A stretch of 64,000 bases of DNA, from the IMG/VR virus record IMGVR_UViG_3300021476_000423, positions 32,001 through 96,000 of that record; one strand, 5' to 3'. Under the pieces are notes generated by a model that saw nothing but the letters and a program-made list of their open reading frames with translations, searched no databases and was not told the DNA's origin. The position numbers were made by a program, and so were the translations under genes. Shown here piece after piece: positions 38,826 through 48,550 of this stretch; within the stretch, counting starts at the first letter, position 1, and every line of letters begins with the position of its first letter. Origin of the DNA: a virus.

Positions 38826-41197
38826 TTCTTCTTCACCTTATTCCATATCTCATCTTCTTCCGAGTCTCCCCGAACCTGTTCCCAATAAGAGAGCACCGTA
38901 TCTGAAGATACGACTTTGATACCCTCAAACTGGTCATTTGAGATAATCTTACCATCGTAATTCTCTTTGGGTATCAGAACATATTTAAGTCCATATCTCT
39001 TGGCTCCCCGAATCTTCTCATACACACCACCGATAGCCGAAATCTTGATGTCACCTGCCCTCTCTTCCTTCAATTCCATCGCTCCTGTCATGGCTATGTC
39101 CTGTCTCAATGGGACTGGTATCAACTCGAACTCGGACTTGAGTTTACCAGAGGCTAAATGGGCTTTCCAGCGTTTCTTGAACTCTCTTGGGTCTCCTAAC
39201 CACGACATAAGAGAGACAGTCATAGTGATGCCAGCACTTGGCCCATCTACCTTAGTCTGAGAGAACTTGATGTGAACATAGCAATCCTTCCCTATGTCTA
39301 CGCCGTATATCCTAAGTATGGCTGTTCTGACTTCGCGTTTCGAGTCCTGCACATCGGTTTCATCGCCTCTCACCACACCTGTAACCTCAAAATTGGCATA
39401 GTCGTGAGAATCTACGAATCTGAGGAAAGACTGCACCTGCATTACATCGCCAGCCCCTTCGCCGCCGTGGGGAGCCGCCACTACTGCCAATCCGTTGACC
39501 TGACCTACTTTGGTTCCAACATTCTCTACTAGCGAAATGGCTTCCTTCTTCTCCAATCGATGTTCGATAACCTGCTTCTCGATGGTTTCAGTGTAATGTT
39601 CGATAGCATCTTTCACATGACTGTCTCGAACTATAACATCACCATCCTTCCACGAGAGTTGTGATGACCTCTTGAGCACTTTGATGACGGCTCTGAACAT
39701 CAATTTGATGTGGTCTTTGTCGCTGGCTCTTTGTTTCACATATTCAAGTATGCGCTTTACACCTGCCGCTTCCATAGGTGGAAAGCCGAACCTGTAAAGT
39801 TCGTCCCTTACGACCTGTGCCACAAGCATCTCATTGAGAGGCGTGGCTTCTACCTCATCCTTCAGTGCGATGATGTCACCATAGTTCTCAAACCTGTCTC
39901 TAAGAGCAGGGAATTGATTGATAATGCTATGTGGGTCGTCCAATACATCCAAATTGCCAGCCGCAAAGAGAAAGAACATGGCCTTGACAGGTGGTGTTTG
40001 AATGTTCTGTCCTGCCGTTCCGCCACCGCCGCTAGTGGAAGTATTATCGGCTTGCTGTTGGATAGGAAACTCCCCATCTTCCATTGCAGTCAGAAGTTTG
40101 ATGGCTGATGATTGAGAGAGATTGCGAATCTCATCTATGTAGAGAATCTTCTTGTTGGCTTCATGAATCTTCCCTGCTTGAACTCTACGGTAAGGTGGTT
40201 TGGCCATTGCACCAGTTTGCCACGGAGACCACTCTATCGAGCCAAAGAGGGCGGCATCCGAAACCAGAGTGCAGTTGACATACATTTGAGTTGACTCAGG
40301 GTCATTATCCACAAGTAGATTGGGAATGTGTTTTTGTTCGTTACCCTGTTGTCCGAACATCCAACGCTGTTGCCAGAACATAATCATGATGAACATAGGA
40401 AAGCCTATCATGGTCATTCCCAAACCAAAGTAAACGCTGGCCGAATTCAACAGAGCAGACTCAAAATCCATGCCACCAAGCATATTCAATAACATCTTTC
40501 TAAGACCTAATGAAATCAACATAACCCCAATAAAGATGATAGTCCCAATGCCACCATAGAGCAAAGCGTTTTTCTTACGTCCTTTCTGTGTTTCCTTTAT
40601 TTCGGCATACTCAACTACCTTTTTGGCGGTTCCTGCTGGCTTGATATATCTCACATTGGCCTTGTAGCGATTGATGCGGTCTTCGCCAAGCATAACGTCT
40701 TCAAGTTCGATGCCCTCTTCCTTGTATTTGTCCTTCAGCGATTCGGCCATAACTTTGATAATGAGAGACTTACCAGTGCCGGGTTCACCCAACATAAGAA
40801 TGTTGTTAGTTGGTCTTTCACGCAAAACTGCCGAAAGTTTGACTCCGGCGGCTTCTTTCTTTTCCATCTCCTGAAGTTGTTTCAGAGTGCGAATCCATTC
40901 TATCTCACTAAGGTCAATCTTCTTGAGGGCGGCATCCTGACCGATAATCCAGTCCTTGAACTTCTCTGGCACACGAATGTCATCAGTAGTGTGCTTGGCT
41001 TTGGAGTCGAAGAATTTATCGGTGAAAGCCTTGGGGTCGCTACGCCATTTATCATCTCGAAGGTCGAACTCTGGCTTCAATATCTCCATGTCTCTCTGAA
41101 TCTTTTCCGTTGAAACTTTGATTTCACCAAAGTCATGGTCTTCCTTACCTTCTCTCAGTCGTCTCTTCACTCGTCTAAAGACGCTTGGGATTCTCAT
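38822..41197 (-). CDS. lonB: Archaeal-type membrane Lon protease (LonB)
   Basis: IIGQD, Walker A GEPGTGKS, two TM helices inserted in the AAA+ domain, Walker B YIDEI, GQVNGLAV, catalytic DGPSAG and GGVYEK. Confidence 0.9.
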   Translation of the reverse strand: MRIPSVFRRVKRRLREGKEDHDFGEIKVSTEKIQRDMEILKPEFDLRDDKWRSDPKAFTDKFFDSKAKHTTDDIRVPEKFKDWIIGQDAALKKIDLSEIEWIRTLKQLQEMEKKEAAGVKLSAVLRERPTNNILMLGEPGTGKSLIIKVMAESLKDKYKEEGIELEDVMLGEDRINRYKANVRYIKPAGTAKKVVEYAEIKETQKGRKKNALLYGGIGTIIFIGVMLISLGLRKMLLNMLGGMDFESALLNSASVYFGLGMTMIGFPMFIMIMFWQQRWMFGQQGNEQKHIPNLLVDNDPESTQMYVNCTLVSDAALFGSIEWSPWQTGAMAKPPYRRVQAGKIHEANKKILYIDEIRNLSQSSAIKLLTAMEDGEFPIQQQADNTSTSGGGGTAGQNIQTPPVKAMFFLFAAGNLDVLDDPHSIINQFPALRDRFENYGDIIALKDEVEATPLNEMLVAQVVRDELYRFGFPPMEAAGVKRILEYVKQRASDKDHIKLMFRAVIKVLKRSSQLSWKDGDVIVRDSHVKDAIEHYTETIEKQVIEHRLEKKEAISLVENVGTKVGQVNGLAVVAAPHGGEGAGDVMQVQSFLRFVDSHDYANFEVTGVVRGDETDVQDSKREVRTAILRIYGVDIGKDCYVHIKFSQTKVDGPSAGITMTVSLMSWLGDPREFKKRWKAHLASGKLKSEFELIPVPLRQDIAMTGAMELKEERAGDIKISAIGGVYEKIRGAKRYGLKYVLIPKENYDGKIISNDQFEGIKVVSSDTVLSYWEQVRGDSEEDEIWNKVKKK

Positions 41198-42135
41198 TTG
41201 TTGGCCACCTTTGACCTATTACGGTCATCCAAAAACAACACTCTTGGCTGTTGTGCTTCAACCTTTCTAAGTAGGGATTCCAAATGAGGCGAAGCAATCA
41301 ATCTTCGTCTGTCATTGATATATTTCTTGAACCACCCTTCGAAAACATAGATTAGAACGGCCCCCAAACTTGCTACCCATAACTCCCAATAGGTGAAATA
41401 GAGACCACCCACTTCGGCGGCAAGAAGATAGAGATTGAGGAGGAAGACGACCGGACTGATGGGTTTGTAGATTTGTCCAACTGGTGTTTTCCAAATATTG
41501 GTATCTACTTCATCAATTTGTGATGGAAGTGCCGAAAAATAGGTATAATGGAGCATAAGTCCTGATGCTCTATCCCATTCAAGCATGGTTCCGGTAAGTG
41601 AATTTTGATAGGTATAGGTGTTTCTGAACGCCAAATCGATGACATCGCCACCGAAAGCCGCCACAAAAATTCCAAAGCCTCCCTGAGTGATAGCAACTCT
41701 TTCATCCAGATTCACAAAATCATTGGTTTGAAGATAAGGACTGATGACTGGAAGTCGCATGAAAAATTGATATTTGGGAATGGAGAAATCTGTCTTTGGA
41801 ACCATTGAGATTGTTTGATTACCTATAGCCATTGTGATAACCTTGTTATCATCACCTGCGCCTTTTACTGTGATGAGTTGAAGGTAACTGTGCTGAGAAT
41901 GGTCAAACAAAGTGAGCGTCACATTGAATAGAATCAAAGTAGGCGAAATAGTTTGCACTACTTCTACACGAAAGGAATTGATGAAAGGATGATAGGTCAC
42001 ACTGTAATCAACGTAGGCTCCGGGCGTGAGTAGAGGCGAAATCTGATAATCTTCGACAAATGAAGCGTGGCTTACTGGCGCAAAGGAGAGGAGCATCATC
42101 AAAATGAATGCTAAAGCAAGCCCCTTTCGTTTCAT
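41194..42135 (-). CDS. Secreted/membrane protein
   Basis: Signal peptide ending SHA and C-terminal TM helices; first gene of the Lon operon. Confidence 0.6.
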   Translation of the reverse strand: MKRKGLALAFILMMLLSFAPVSHASFVEDYQISPLLTPGAYVDYSVTYHPFINSFRVEVVQTISPTLILFNVTLTLFDHSQHSYLQLITVKGAGDDNKVITMAIGNQTISMVPKTDFSIPKYQFFMRLPVISPYLQTNDFVNLDERVAITQGGFGIFVAAFGGDVIDLAFRNTYTYQNSLTGTMLEWDRASGLMLHYTYFSALPSQIDEVDTNIWKTPVGQIYKPISPVVFLLNLYLLAAEVGGLYFTYWELWVASLGAVLIYVFEGWFKKYINDRRRLIASPHLESLLRKVEAQQPRVLFLDDRNRSKVANK

Positions 42136-42175
42136 GATAACGCTTAAGTAGGCAATAGGCTATATAAAGATTAGT

Positions 42176-43738
42176 ATGAGTAGTGTCAATGAAAGGATGT
42201 TAAACTCTCTAAAAAGGGAGTTCAAAGAGGTCAAAGGTGAGACTCCTAAGAAGATTGAACTCGACCTTTCGGATATCATGGCCTTCGTTGAGAAGCACGT
42301 TAAGATTCCTGAGAAGGCTGGCCCTGATGCTACACAGGATATGTGGTTCGCAAACAGACCGTGGCTCAAAAACCTCTACCACGACGAAAATCCAAACATC
42401 ATCATCGTCAAGGGCAGACAGATGGAAGTATCGGAATATGCCGTCAATTGGATACTTTACCATGCTCTCACCCATCCCGGCAAATTCATCTATGCTTCAG
42501 CATCCGGCTCTAAGGCCGACATCTTCAGCAGAGACAGATGGCAGAAACAATTGAAACGAAGTCCTGACCTTATGCAAATGGTCAGAAATATGGCCGTGAG
42601 AGAGACCGTTCTAAACAAATCAGAAGTCTACTTTTTAACAGCCTTTGAGGATACTGAAACTCTCAGGTCTATCGACGCTGATGCTATCGTGCTTGACGAG
42701 TTTCAGTCTTATCGAGCCAATGCCATTCCTATTGCTCAAGCAGGAATCTCACACTCATCCTTCAAACGAATGCTTGTCATTGGAACTCCAATATTGACAG
42801 GTAGTGGATTTGACAACCTGTGGCAACTTAGTGATATGAAAGAGTTCGACCCTGTGACCAAAACTTGGTCTCCCTCTAATCCGAAGTGGGATGGATTATG
42901 GTCAGGCTATCACATTTCGCAAGAGTTCGCTGTAGGTGTATGGATAACTCCTGAAGAATTCGAGTTCAAGAGAAAACACGCTGAAACTCGGCAAGAGTTC
43001 GAGAACGAAGTATTGGGTCGCTTTTATGCGGGTTTGGGTAGACCAACTGACAGAGTTTACATGGAGACTTTGTTCTCGCCTATGCTCAACAAAGGGTCTT
43101 TCGTCAATGGTGAGTTGCTGATTGCCGGAGTAGATTGGGGCATCACCAAATCCAATACGGTCTTCACTCTCATCCGACCACGACTACTTGAGTTACCAGA
43201 CCTCTATACCATCGATGTTCTGGACGTTGAGAAAATCGACCAAACCGACCTCACTCTTCAAGTAGAGGAGGTGGCCAAACTCATCCGGCAATACCCTATC
43301 TCATTGGTCGTCTGCGACGAAGGGTCTGGACAAATGCAGAACCAATTACTCTGGAAACAATTCAGAGATAAGGTAATCAAAATTCAGATGATGAATGGAT
43401 TCTTATCTACGCCTCTGAAGGTCGAGCCTACCATGTATGGGTCTATGATTAAGGCCAATCGCACCTATGCTATCGACCTCACAATGGACTACATTACCAA
43501 TCCCTCTCGCTTCCGTTTCTACAATGAGCCAGACGAATTGAGAAGAAACTACATCATCAAAGACATTTTGGCCGAATATCCCGAACTCACAGAAGGAACC
43601 GACAAGAAGGTGTGGAAGCACAACGAAGACACCACCGACGATGTGCTTCTCTCATTGACGAATGCCATCGTAGGCTTCCAAATCACAAAGGGCACCGCCG
43701 TCCCACAGGATGTAGGCGATTGGCTTTCGTGGGCTTAG
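42176..43738 (+). CDS. terL: Terminase large subunit
   Basis: KGRQMEVSE Walker A variant, VLDE Walker B, IGTP coupling motif, nuclease GVDWG and DDVLLS. Confidence 0.85.
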   Translation: MSSVNERMLNSLKREFKEVKGETPKKIELDLSDIMAFVEKHVKIPEKAGPDATQDMWFANRPWLKNLYHDENPNIIIVKGRQMEVSEYAVNWILYHALTHPGKFIYASASGSKADIFSRDRWQKQLKRSPDLMQMVRNMAVRETVLNKSEVYFLTAFEDTETLRSIDADAIVLDEFQSYRANAIPIAQAGISHSSFKRMLVIGTPILTGSGFDNLWQLSDMKEFDPVTKTWSPSNPKWDGLWSGYHISQEFAVGVWITPEEFEFKRKHAETRQEFENEVLGRFYAGLGRPTDRVYMETLFSPMLNKGSFVNGELLIAGVDWGITKSNTVFTLIRPRLLELPDLYTIDVLDVEKIDQTDLTLQVEEVAKLIRQYPISLVVCDEGSGQMQNQLLWKQFRDKVIKIQMMNGFLSTPLKVEPTMYGSMIKANRTYAIDLTMDYITNPSRFRFYNEPDELRRNYIIKDILAEYPELTEGTDKKVWKHNEDTTDDVLLSLTNAIVGFQITKGTAVPQDVGDWLSWA

Positions 43739-43749
43739 TCTCATTAGGC

Positions 43750-43758
43750 TTTAAATAG
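43750..43758 (+). promoter_or_regulatory. Late-type archaeal TATA box (YTTAAATAS), representative copy
   Basis: The same element lies 21-25 nt before the ATG at 13454(+), 17847, 35498, 49915, 51319, 51807, 52401, 53952 and 63550 (all -). Confidence 0.75.
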
Positions 43759-43782
43759 TCCGACTGTGTTACATCTCTCTGT

Positions 43783-45282
43783 ATGTCGAAGACCAAATAT
43801 GACTGGATGTTGTCCCGATGGCTAGAACAAAACGACATGATGCCCAAAGATAAGCCAGCCGACCTCACTCCTGCCGACCCCTCTGAACAAGCCATTGAGA
43901 AAACTCAACAGCCAGAGATTCCAGCCGCACAGCCTACACAGGAACCAATGCAAACACCACAAGTGCCAGAAGATGAGACTGAGCAAATCAGTGAGATGGT
44001 GGGTGTGGTCAAACCTTGGGAGAAGGTTGACCTCTACTTGGACAATTGGGAGTATCGTGTGTGGGAAGGATGGATGGGAAGCGAACCCGATAAGAAGGCT
44101 GACCTACTTGAAGACGTTCTTCATCAGTTTGACAACAATGCTACTGTGATGAAAGGGCCGTCGAAATCTGACCCTAATGCTATCACCTATTCTTTTAAGT
44201 TCTCGCTTGGTGGTGGGCCAGATGGTGTGGTTGATGCCATCACTAAGATTAACGAAGCCTTTCTCGCTCTTGACCAATACAAAGTTGTCTCTGGCAAACT
44301 CTATGCCATTGTTTACTATGCCGATGGCGAAGAGAACACAATGGATTTGACTCCACAATTGAAAGACAGTAAGGGTGCGGCCAAAGGCGTAGACATCAAT
44401 GATGCAGTCCAAATGGCTCTAGATGCTGTTACTGAAGGTCATGCTCCTGAGAGTCAATGGGAAAGACCAAAGGCGTGTCCTGAGTGCGGTGCTCAACTTC
44501 CTAATTCCAATGATGCTATTGCAGAACACTATGCCAGTAATCATCCTGATGCCGAGATTGCCAATGTCTACAAAGAAGAGGCTTCCGATATGGATGAATG
44601 GGCCTCATGGATGTCTGGTCTTCCCGGCCCAACAACTTCTGACCTTGATGAATATGGGAGACCCTATCGAAAGAGTAGGAGAGCACCTATCAGTCCTAAA
44701 GACTTGGAGAAAGATGAATCCATGCAATTCTGCTCAAAGTGCGGCCAAACACTCGGTATGGGCGAAAGACAATCAGGATTCAACATCTGCCAAAGGTGCA
44801 TCGATGACATAAACGCTGGCAAAGAACCCGGCTCGTGGAAAAATGTGGGTCAGACTTTGGCGCACACTGAAGCACAGATGCCCGACCTTTCCTACCGTGA
44901 AAGCCCGATGGGAGTTAATGCGGCTCAGATTGGACAGGAAGACCAACTAATGAAAGTAGAAGAGATTCTGAAGGAAGTAGAAGACATCTACAGTGAGCAC
45001 GAATTCTACGTCAGAATTCGGGATATGCTTGTTGACCTTGCCAATATCGTGGACATGATTAATGAGCCTACCGCCTCTCCTGCACTAGAACCACAAGCCG
45101 TAGCACCACAGGTTCAACCTCATCTTCAAACTCAAGAGGTTGGCCCCAATAGCGATATGAACAAACAGGAAGCCGTGAAAGACCCAAGCGGTGGGAAACC
45201 CCATACTTACACTCAAGGCAAATTAGGTCAATGTGCCATCTGCGGTCTGCCCGCAACTCATTACAGCCATTACGGATACTGA
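43783..45282 (+). CDS. Acidic Zn-finger mosaic protein (candidate virion cargo)
   Basis: N-terminal KTKYDWMLSRW; CPEC..H..H, CSKC..CQRC and CAIC..H; TTTAAATAG box. Confidence 0.6.
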   Translation: MSKTKYDWMLSRWLEQNDMMPKDKPADLTPADPSEQAIEKTQQPEIPAAQPTQEPMQTPQVPEDETEQISEMVGVVKPWEKVDLYLDNWEYRVWEGWMGSEPDKKADLLEDVLHQFDNNATVMKGPSKSDPNAITYSFKFSLGGGPDGVVDAITKINEAFLALDQYKVVSGKLYAIVYYADGEENTMDLTPQLKDSKGAAKGVDINDAVQMALDAVTEGHAPESQWERPKACPECGAQLPNSNDAIAEHYASNHPDAEIANVYKEEASDMDEWASWMSGLPGPTTSDLDEYGRPYRKSRRAPISPKDLEKDESMQFCSKCGQTLGMGERQSGFNICQRCIDDINAGKEPGSWKNVGQTLAHTEAQMPDLSYRESPMGVNAAQIGQEDQLMKVEEILKEVEDIYSEHEFYVRIRDMLVDLANIVDMINEPTASPALEPQAVAPQVQPHLQTQEVGPNSDMNKQEAVKDPSGGKPHTYTQGKLGQCAICGLPATHYSHYGY

Positions 45283-45317
45283 GAATCCTTATTAGGCTAG
45301 TATGAAATCCTTTCATC

Positions 45318-45653
45318 ATGAGTGATAATTCTGTTCCAACTAGAGAACAACAGATTACCCAAGTCATGCACAATCTCATGGCCACACAATATGGCTTGGC
45401 TAGAGAAGACCAAGACACTGTATTCCGCCTTATGCAATATGGAAACAATATGACAGGACTAACCGAGAAAGAAAAGCGCACTCTGGTTGCAAGAGGTCTG
45501 ATGGACGGCTCGGATATGAAACTCACACCGCCAGATGAGTTCATCTTTCGTGGGACTATCACTTCTGCCTTTTGGTTGAAATGCTTGCTGGCTCTTCATG
45601 GACTCATCGATTTTAGCGGTGGTAAGAATGAATCGCAAACTCCATCCAAATGA
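45318..45653 (+). CDS. Hypothetical protein
   Basis: GAATCCTTATTA promoter motif upstream. Confidence 0.5.
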   Translation: MSDNSVPTREQQITQVMHNLMATQYGLAREDQDTVFRLMQYGNNMTGLTEKEKRTLVARGLMDGSDMKLTPPDEFIFRGTITSAFWLKCLLALHGLIDFSGGKNESQTPSK

Positions 45654-45993
45654 TTATGTGGCTATCGTTTCGATAGCCTACGACCTAGCCACTGGTATAC
45701 CTGCCATATTGTTGGGTATGACATGGCTAGGGATTGCCATCATCGTTGGCGGTATTGCCATCATAGGAGCATTCGACTATTGGGAAGACCGCTTCTATCG
45801 ACAAGGAGCCGCCATCGGCTGGCTCGACTATATGCACATGAGAGACCTGATGGCCCACGGTCAGAACTATGAGGCCGTAATCTTCGTCTTGAAGAAGGGT
45901 TACAAAATGAATGAAGCCGAAGTCCAAAGACTCAAACCAGAGGAGTTGGATGAGTTGCTTCAAAAATTGAAGGTGAAGCAAAACGCCAATTGA
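45628..45993 (+). CDS. Membrane protein
   Basis: Two TM helices; probable ATG at 45628 after a GGTGGT Shine-Dalgarno-like element. Confidence 0.5.
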   Translation: MNRKLHPNDYVAIVSIAYDLATGIPAILLGMTWLGIAIIVGGIAIIGAFDYWEDRFYRQGAAIGWLDYMHMRDLMAHGQNYEAVIFVLKKGYKMNEAEVQRLKPEELDELLQKLKVKQNAN

Positions 45994-46294
45994 AGGAACC
46001 AATAATTTCTATGATGCCCTCTATGGTCTAGAGTGGGAAAAATACATCTACATCGAGTGTCTGATTTGCAAAGGCGTTTATCGACTTGGTATCTATGGTC
46101 TAGCGGAAGGGGCCACCAATTGTGTCTATTGTGGGGCTTACAGTTGGAATCCCAAGTTGGTGGATAAGGCCACCTACCGCAAGTTCTTAGAACGAAGAAA
46201 GAATCCTAAAGGGATGGAAGCATTCCAAAAAGCAGTATGGAGGACACCTACCGGAGACCAAAGAGGGACAGACGAAGCCGAACAGAGACGTTAA
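45983..46294 (+). CDS. Zn-ribbon protein lacking a canonical start (possible ACG start)
   Basis: 103 open codons with CLIC...CVYC, preceded by AGGTGA. Confidence 0.45.
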   Translation, partial: TPIEGTNNFYDALYGLEWEKYIYIECLICKGVYRLGIYGLAEGATNCVYCGAYSWNPKLVDKATYRKFLERRKNPKGMEAFQKAVWRTPTGDQRGTDEAEQRR

Positions 46295-46464
46295 TCCCAT
46301 AGTCCGTGACCATAGAAAATACATCCAAATGAACGATAGGCTTGCGTCAGATAGTGCTTACGAGAACCTTTCTCATATGAGGTCAGAGACCGAGCAAGCC
46401 AATAGATAGTATCTTGGATATCTTCTACAGTCATCTTCTGCCATTGTGACCAAATGCTTGACAT
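46291..46464 (-). CDS. 57-aa protein, paralog of 7643..7816 (not in track)
   Basis: MSSIWSQWQKMTVEDIQDTIYWLARSLTSYEKGSRKHYLTQAYRSFGCIFYGHGLWD. Confidence 0.6.
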   Translation of the reverse strand: MSSIWSQWQKMTVEDIQDTIYWLARSLTSYEKGSRKHYLTQAYRSFGCIFYGHGLWD

Positions 46465-46668
46465 TTAACTGCTAGATGCCTTAGAAGAGAAATAGAAACC
46501 CCACGACATAGCCATCAATCCACTGAAGAACGTGAAGACGTTCTGAAGCAGATTCGAATTGACATTGACCGGATTCACTACGGCAACAACGCCAAAGAGA
46601 CCTGTGAGAATTGTGATTAGTATGGTCAGATAGAAGGGTTTGTCGGCTTGCGGTATTACATCACTCAT
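46465..46668 (-). CDS. Small two-TM holin-like protein
   Basis: Two TM helices ending GFYFSSK. Confidence 0.4.
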   Translation of the reverse strand: MSDVIPQADKPFYLTILITILTGLFGVVAVVNPVNVNSNLLQNVFTFFSGLMAMSWGFYFSSKASSS

Positions 46669-47075
46669 GATTTCTTCTCTCCCTTCCGACCTTTATTAAG
46701 GTTCCTGTTCCGATAGTTGGGAAGATTTCTGAGAGATTCAGGTAAGATACCTCTCTCAATCATCTCTTCGGTGGCCACTATGCAATAGACATTCCAGAGC
46801 CATGCAATGAGATGGTCTTCGTCATCGTCTCCCATGAGCCACTGATTCATATGTCGCTTGGCTGATGCTACAAATCTCTCTTCATCAATCCCCTTCTCCC
46901 AATTACGGGCGGCATACTTGTTGGCTCCTTTGGCAAAGTGTTGCGAAAGACGCATATCGACCATCGGATTCATGAGGTCTGGTCGTGCTTTGTTGTCTTG
47001 AATATCCCTCATAGCCCCTGTCGAAAATTGCACCCGTTTGCCGCTATCCTTCAATGGTTTGTCGATTGGTTTCAT
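46665..47075 (-). CDS. dATP/dGTP diphosphohydrolase-like protein (DUF5664 type)
   Basis: FSTGAMRD..KARPDL, GANKYAARNWEKG, SAKRH and EDHL; likely start MKPID at 47075. Confidence 0.75.
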   Translation of the reverse strand: MKPIDKPLKDSGKRVQFSTGAMRDIQDNKARPDLMNPMVDMRLSQHFAKGANKYAARNWEKGIDEERFVASAKRHMNQWLMGDDDEDHLIAWLWNVYCIVATEEMIERGILPESLRNLPNYRNRNLNKGRKGEKKS

Positions 47076-47620
47076 ATGCCTTCGCCTTGGAGAAAGGAAA
47101 TTACACTGGACAAGGATTCTATCCTTATGCCAACCTTGCATTTCTGATTCCACGGTTGATTGTAAAGAAAGCCAATTTTGCCAATGGCCGTTACCTTTTC
47201 GATTGTATCGCTCCTATCGTCCACAAAAATATGGTAAGGTAGGGCTTCTTTAGTTTTGCCATAAGGCACAATGAGAATTGGAATCTGTCTAAGACCATAC
47301 TTCTCAAGCCATTTTATCTTACCTCCGGCTTGTGGTGGCCCCGCAGATGTGACCACAGTGACATCAGCCAATTCAGCAAGTCTTTCTACCTTCTTCTCAA
47401 TATTAGGTTCTGTCGGTCTGATTTCATCCCACCGATTACCCCATACTTCTCCATAGATTCCTGCCATCTGAGAACCTGTCAAGTGGAACTTGTTCTCATA
47501 CCAATCCCATTCGACGTAATCCTTTTTGGAAGCCAAATAACCAAATGTTTCATTTGCCACTTTAAGAAAGGTATCCATGCTCTCAGCGATTACACTATCC
47601 ATATCCAGAGAAAGTCTCAT
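47072..47620 (-). CDS. HAD 5'(3')-deoxyribonucleotidase
   Basis: DMDSVIA, VTS, KIKWL and FVDD motifs. Confidence 0.8.
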   Translation of the reverse strand: MRLSLDMDSVIAESMDTFLKVANETFGYLASKKDYVEWDWYENKFHLTGSQMAGIYGEVWGNRWDEIRPTEPNIEKKVERLAELADVTVVTSAGPPQAGGKIKWLEKYGLRQIPILIVPYGKTKEALPYHIFVDDRSDTIEKVTAIGKIGFLYNQPWNQKCKVGIRIESLSSVISFLQGEGI

Positions 47621-48084
47621 AGTTTATTCTCACTCCACCATTTTTCGAACTCTGCAAAACCACTGAACATTCGATTGGCATAGTATTGAAGCCACGGATG
47701 CCAGCGATTCTTGTCGGTCAAATGAACAACGTAAACCTGCTTCTGTAGGACTACTCTGGCGTAGAAGATTTCCATTGGTGTGCCTATGGATACGGCATCG
47801 TTCATAATAGCAATCACACCATTGGATGTAGCAATGAGGTGAAGGTCTCCTTCGACTATGGGGTTGTAATAATCTGGCCCAAATGCCTCAACCATCTGTC
47901 TTTGTCTCTCTTCTCGTGTCATAGGCTTTGTGACATCCAATTTTTTGATGTCGTTTCTAGGCACATCATAGAAAGGATTCACCAACTCTATTCCAAGTCT
48001 TTTCTCGGCCCCAACTTCCCATGTCCTGACCTCTTCCCTAGACTCAAAGGGATGAGCCAAATAGTATCTCATTTCTTTCTCCAC
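47617..48084 (-). CDS. Nucleoside 2-deoxyribosyltransferase-like protein
   Basis: YYLAHPF, NPF, GDL and SIGTPMEI motifs. Confidence 0.7.
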   Translation of the reverse strand: MEKEMRYYLAHPFESREEVRTWEVGAEKRLGIELVNPFYDVPRNDIKKLDVTKPMTREERQRQMVEAFGPDYYNPIVEGDLHLIATSNGVIAIMNDAVSIGTPMEIFYARVVLQKQVYVVHLTDKNRWHPWLQYYANRMFSGFAEFEKWWSENKL

Positions 48085-48304
48085 CCTTTGAATCTAAGGG
48101 TGATATTGGCTCCTAATGCTACCATTCCTATAGCGTAACTTTCAAGAACCGAACTAGGCGCATTCACTGACCACGCCCATATAGCATCTCCAAGGAAGAA
48201 GAAGATGATGGCTATAGACCATATGACATCAGGAAGGGCTGAATCAGCCATTAGTCTGAAGGTCTGTTCCAGAGGTATTTAGGGATTCTCGGTGGTAAAA
48301 AGCC

Positions 48305-48317
48305 AATCTTTATATAG
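48305..48317 (+). promoter_or_regulatory. Second promoter class AATC(C/T)TTAT(A/T)A, representative copy
   Basis: Also at about 12336, 13418, 15237, 24307, 24604, 42160 and 62660 (-) and 45283, 54446 (+), heading mostly non-structural operons. Confidence 0.65.
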
Positions 48318-48340
48318 TCAGAACCACCCTTTCCTTTCGT

Positions 48341-48550
48341 ATGCCTAAGAGAGAGTGGAAAAAGGCTCAGTCCGTTGGCCATGCTACAACCCGCATCATC
48401 TTCATCCCTGCTGAATTAGTGAAAGAACTCGTTCCTGATGCCAATGCCAAGACCATCATTGGTGGAAAATGGACTGTCGGAATGGATAGCGATAAGAAGA
48501 AAATTCTCGCTCTGGAACTAAAGAGGTTTGAGAAGTGGCCTCCGTCATGA
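48341..48550 (+). CDS. Small putative DNA-binding (AbrB-like) protein
   Basis: IIFIPAELV pattern; AATCTTTATATAG promoter. Confidence 0.4.
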   Translation: MPKREWKKAQSVGHATTRIIFIPAELVKELVPDANAKTIIGGKWTVGMDSDKKKILALELKRFEKWPPS

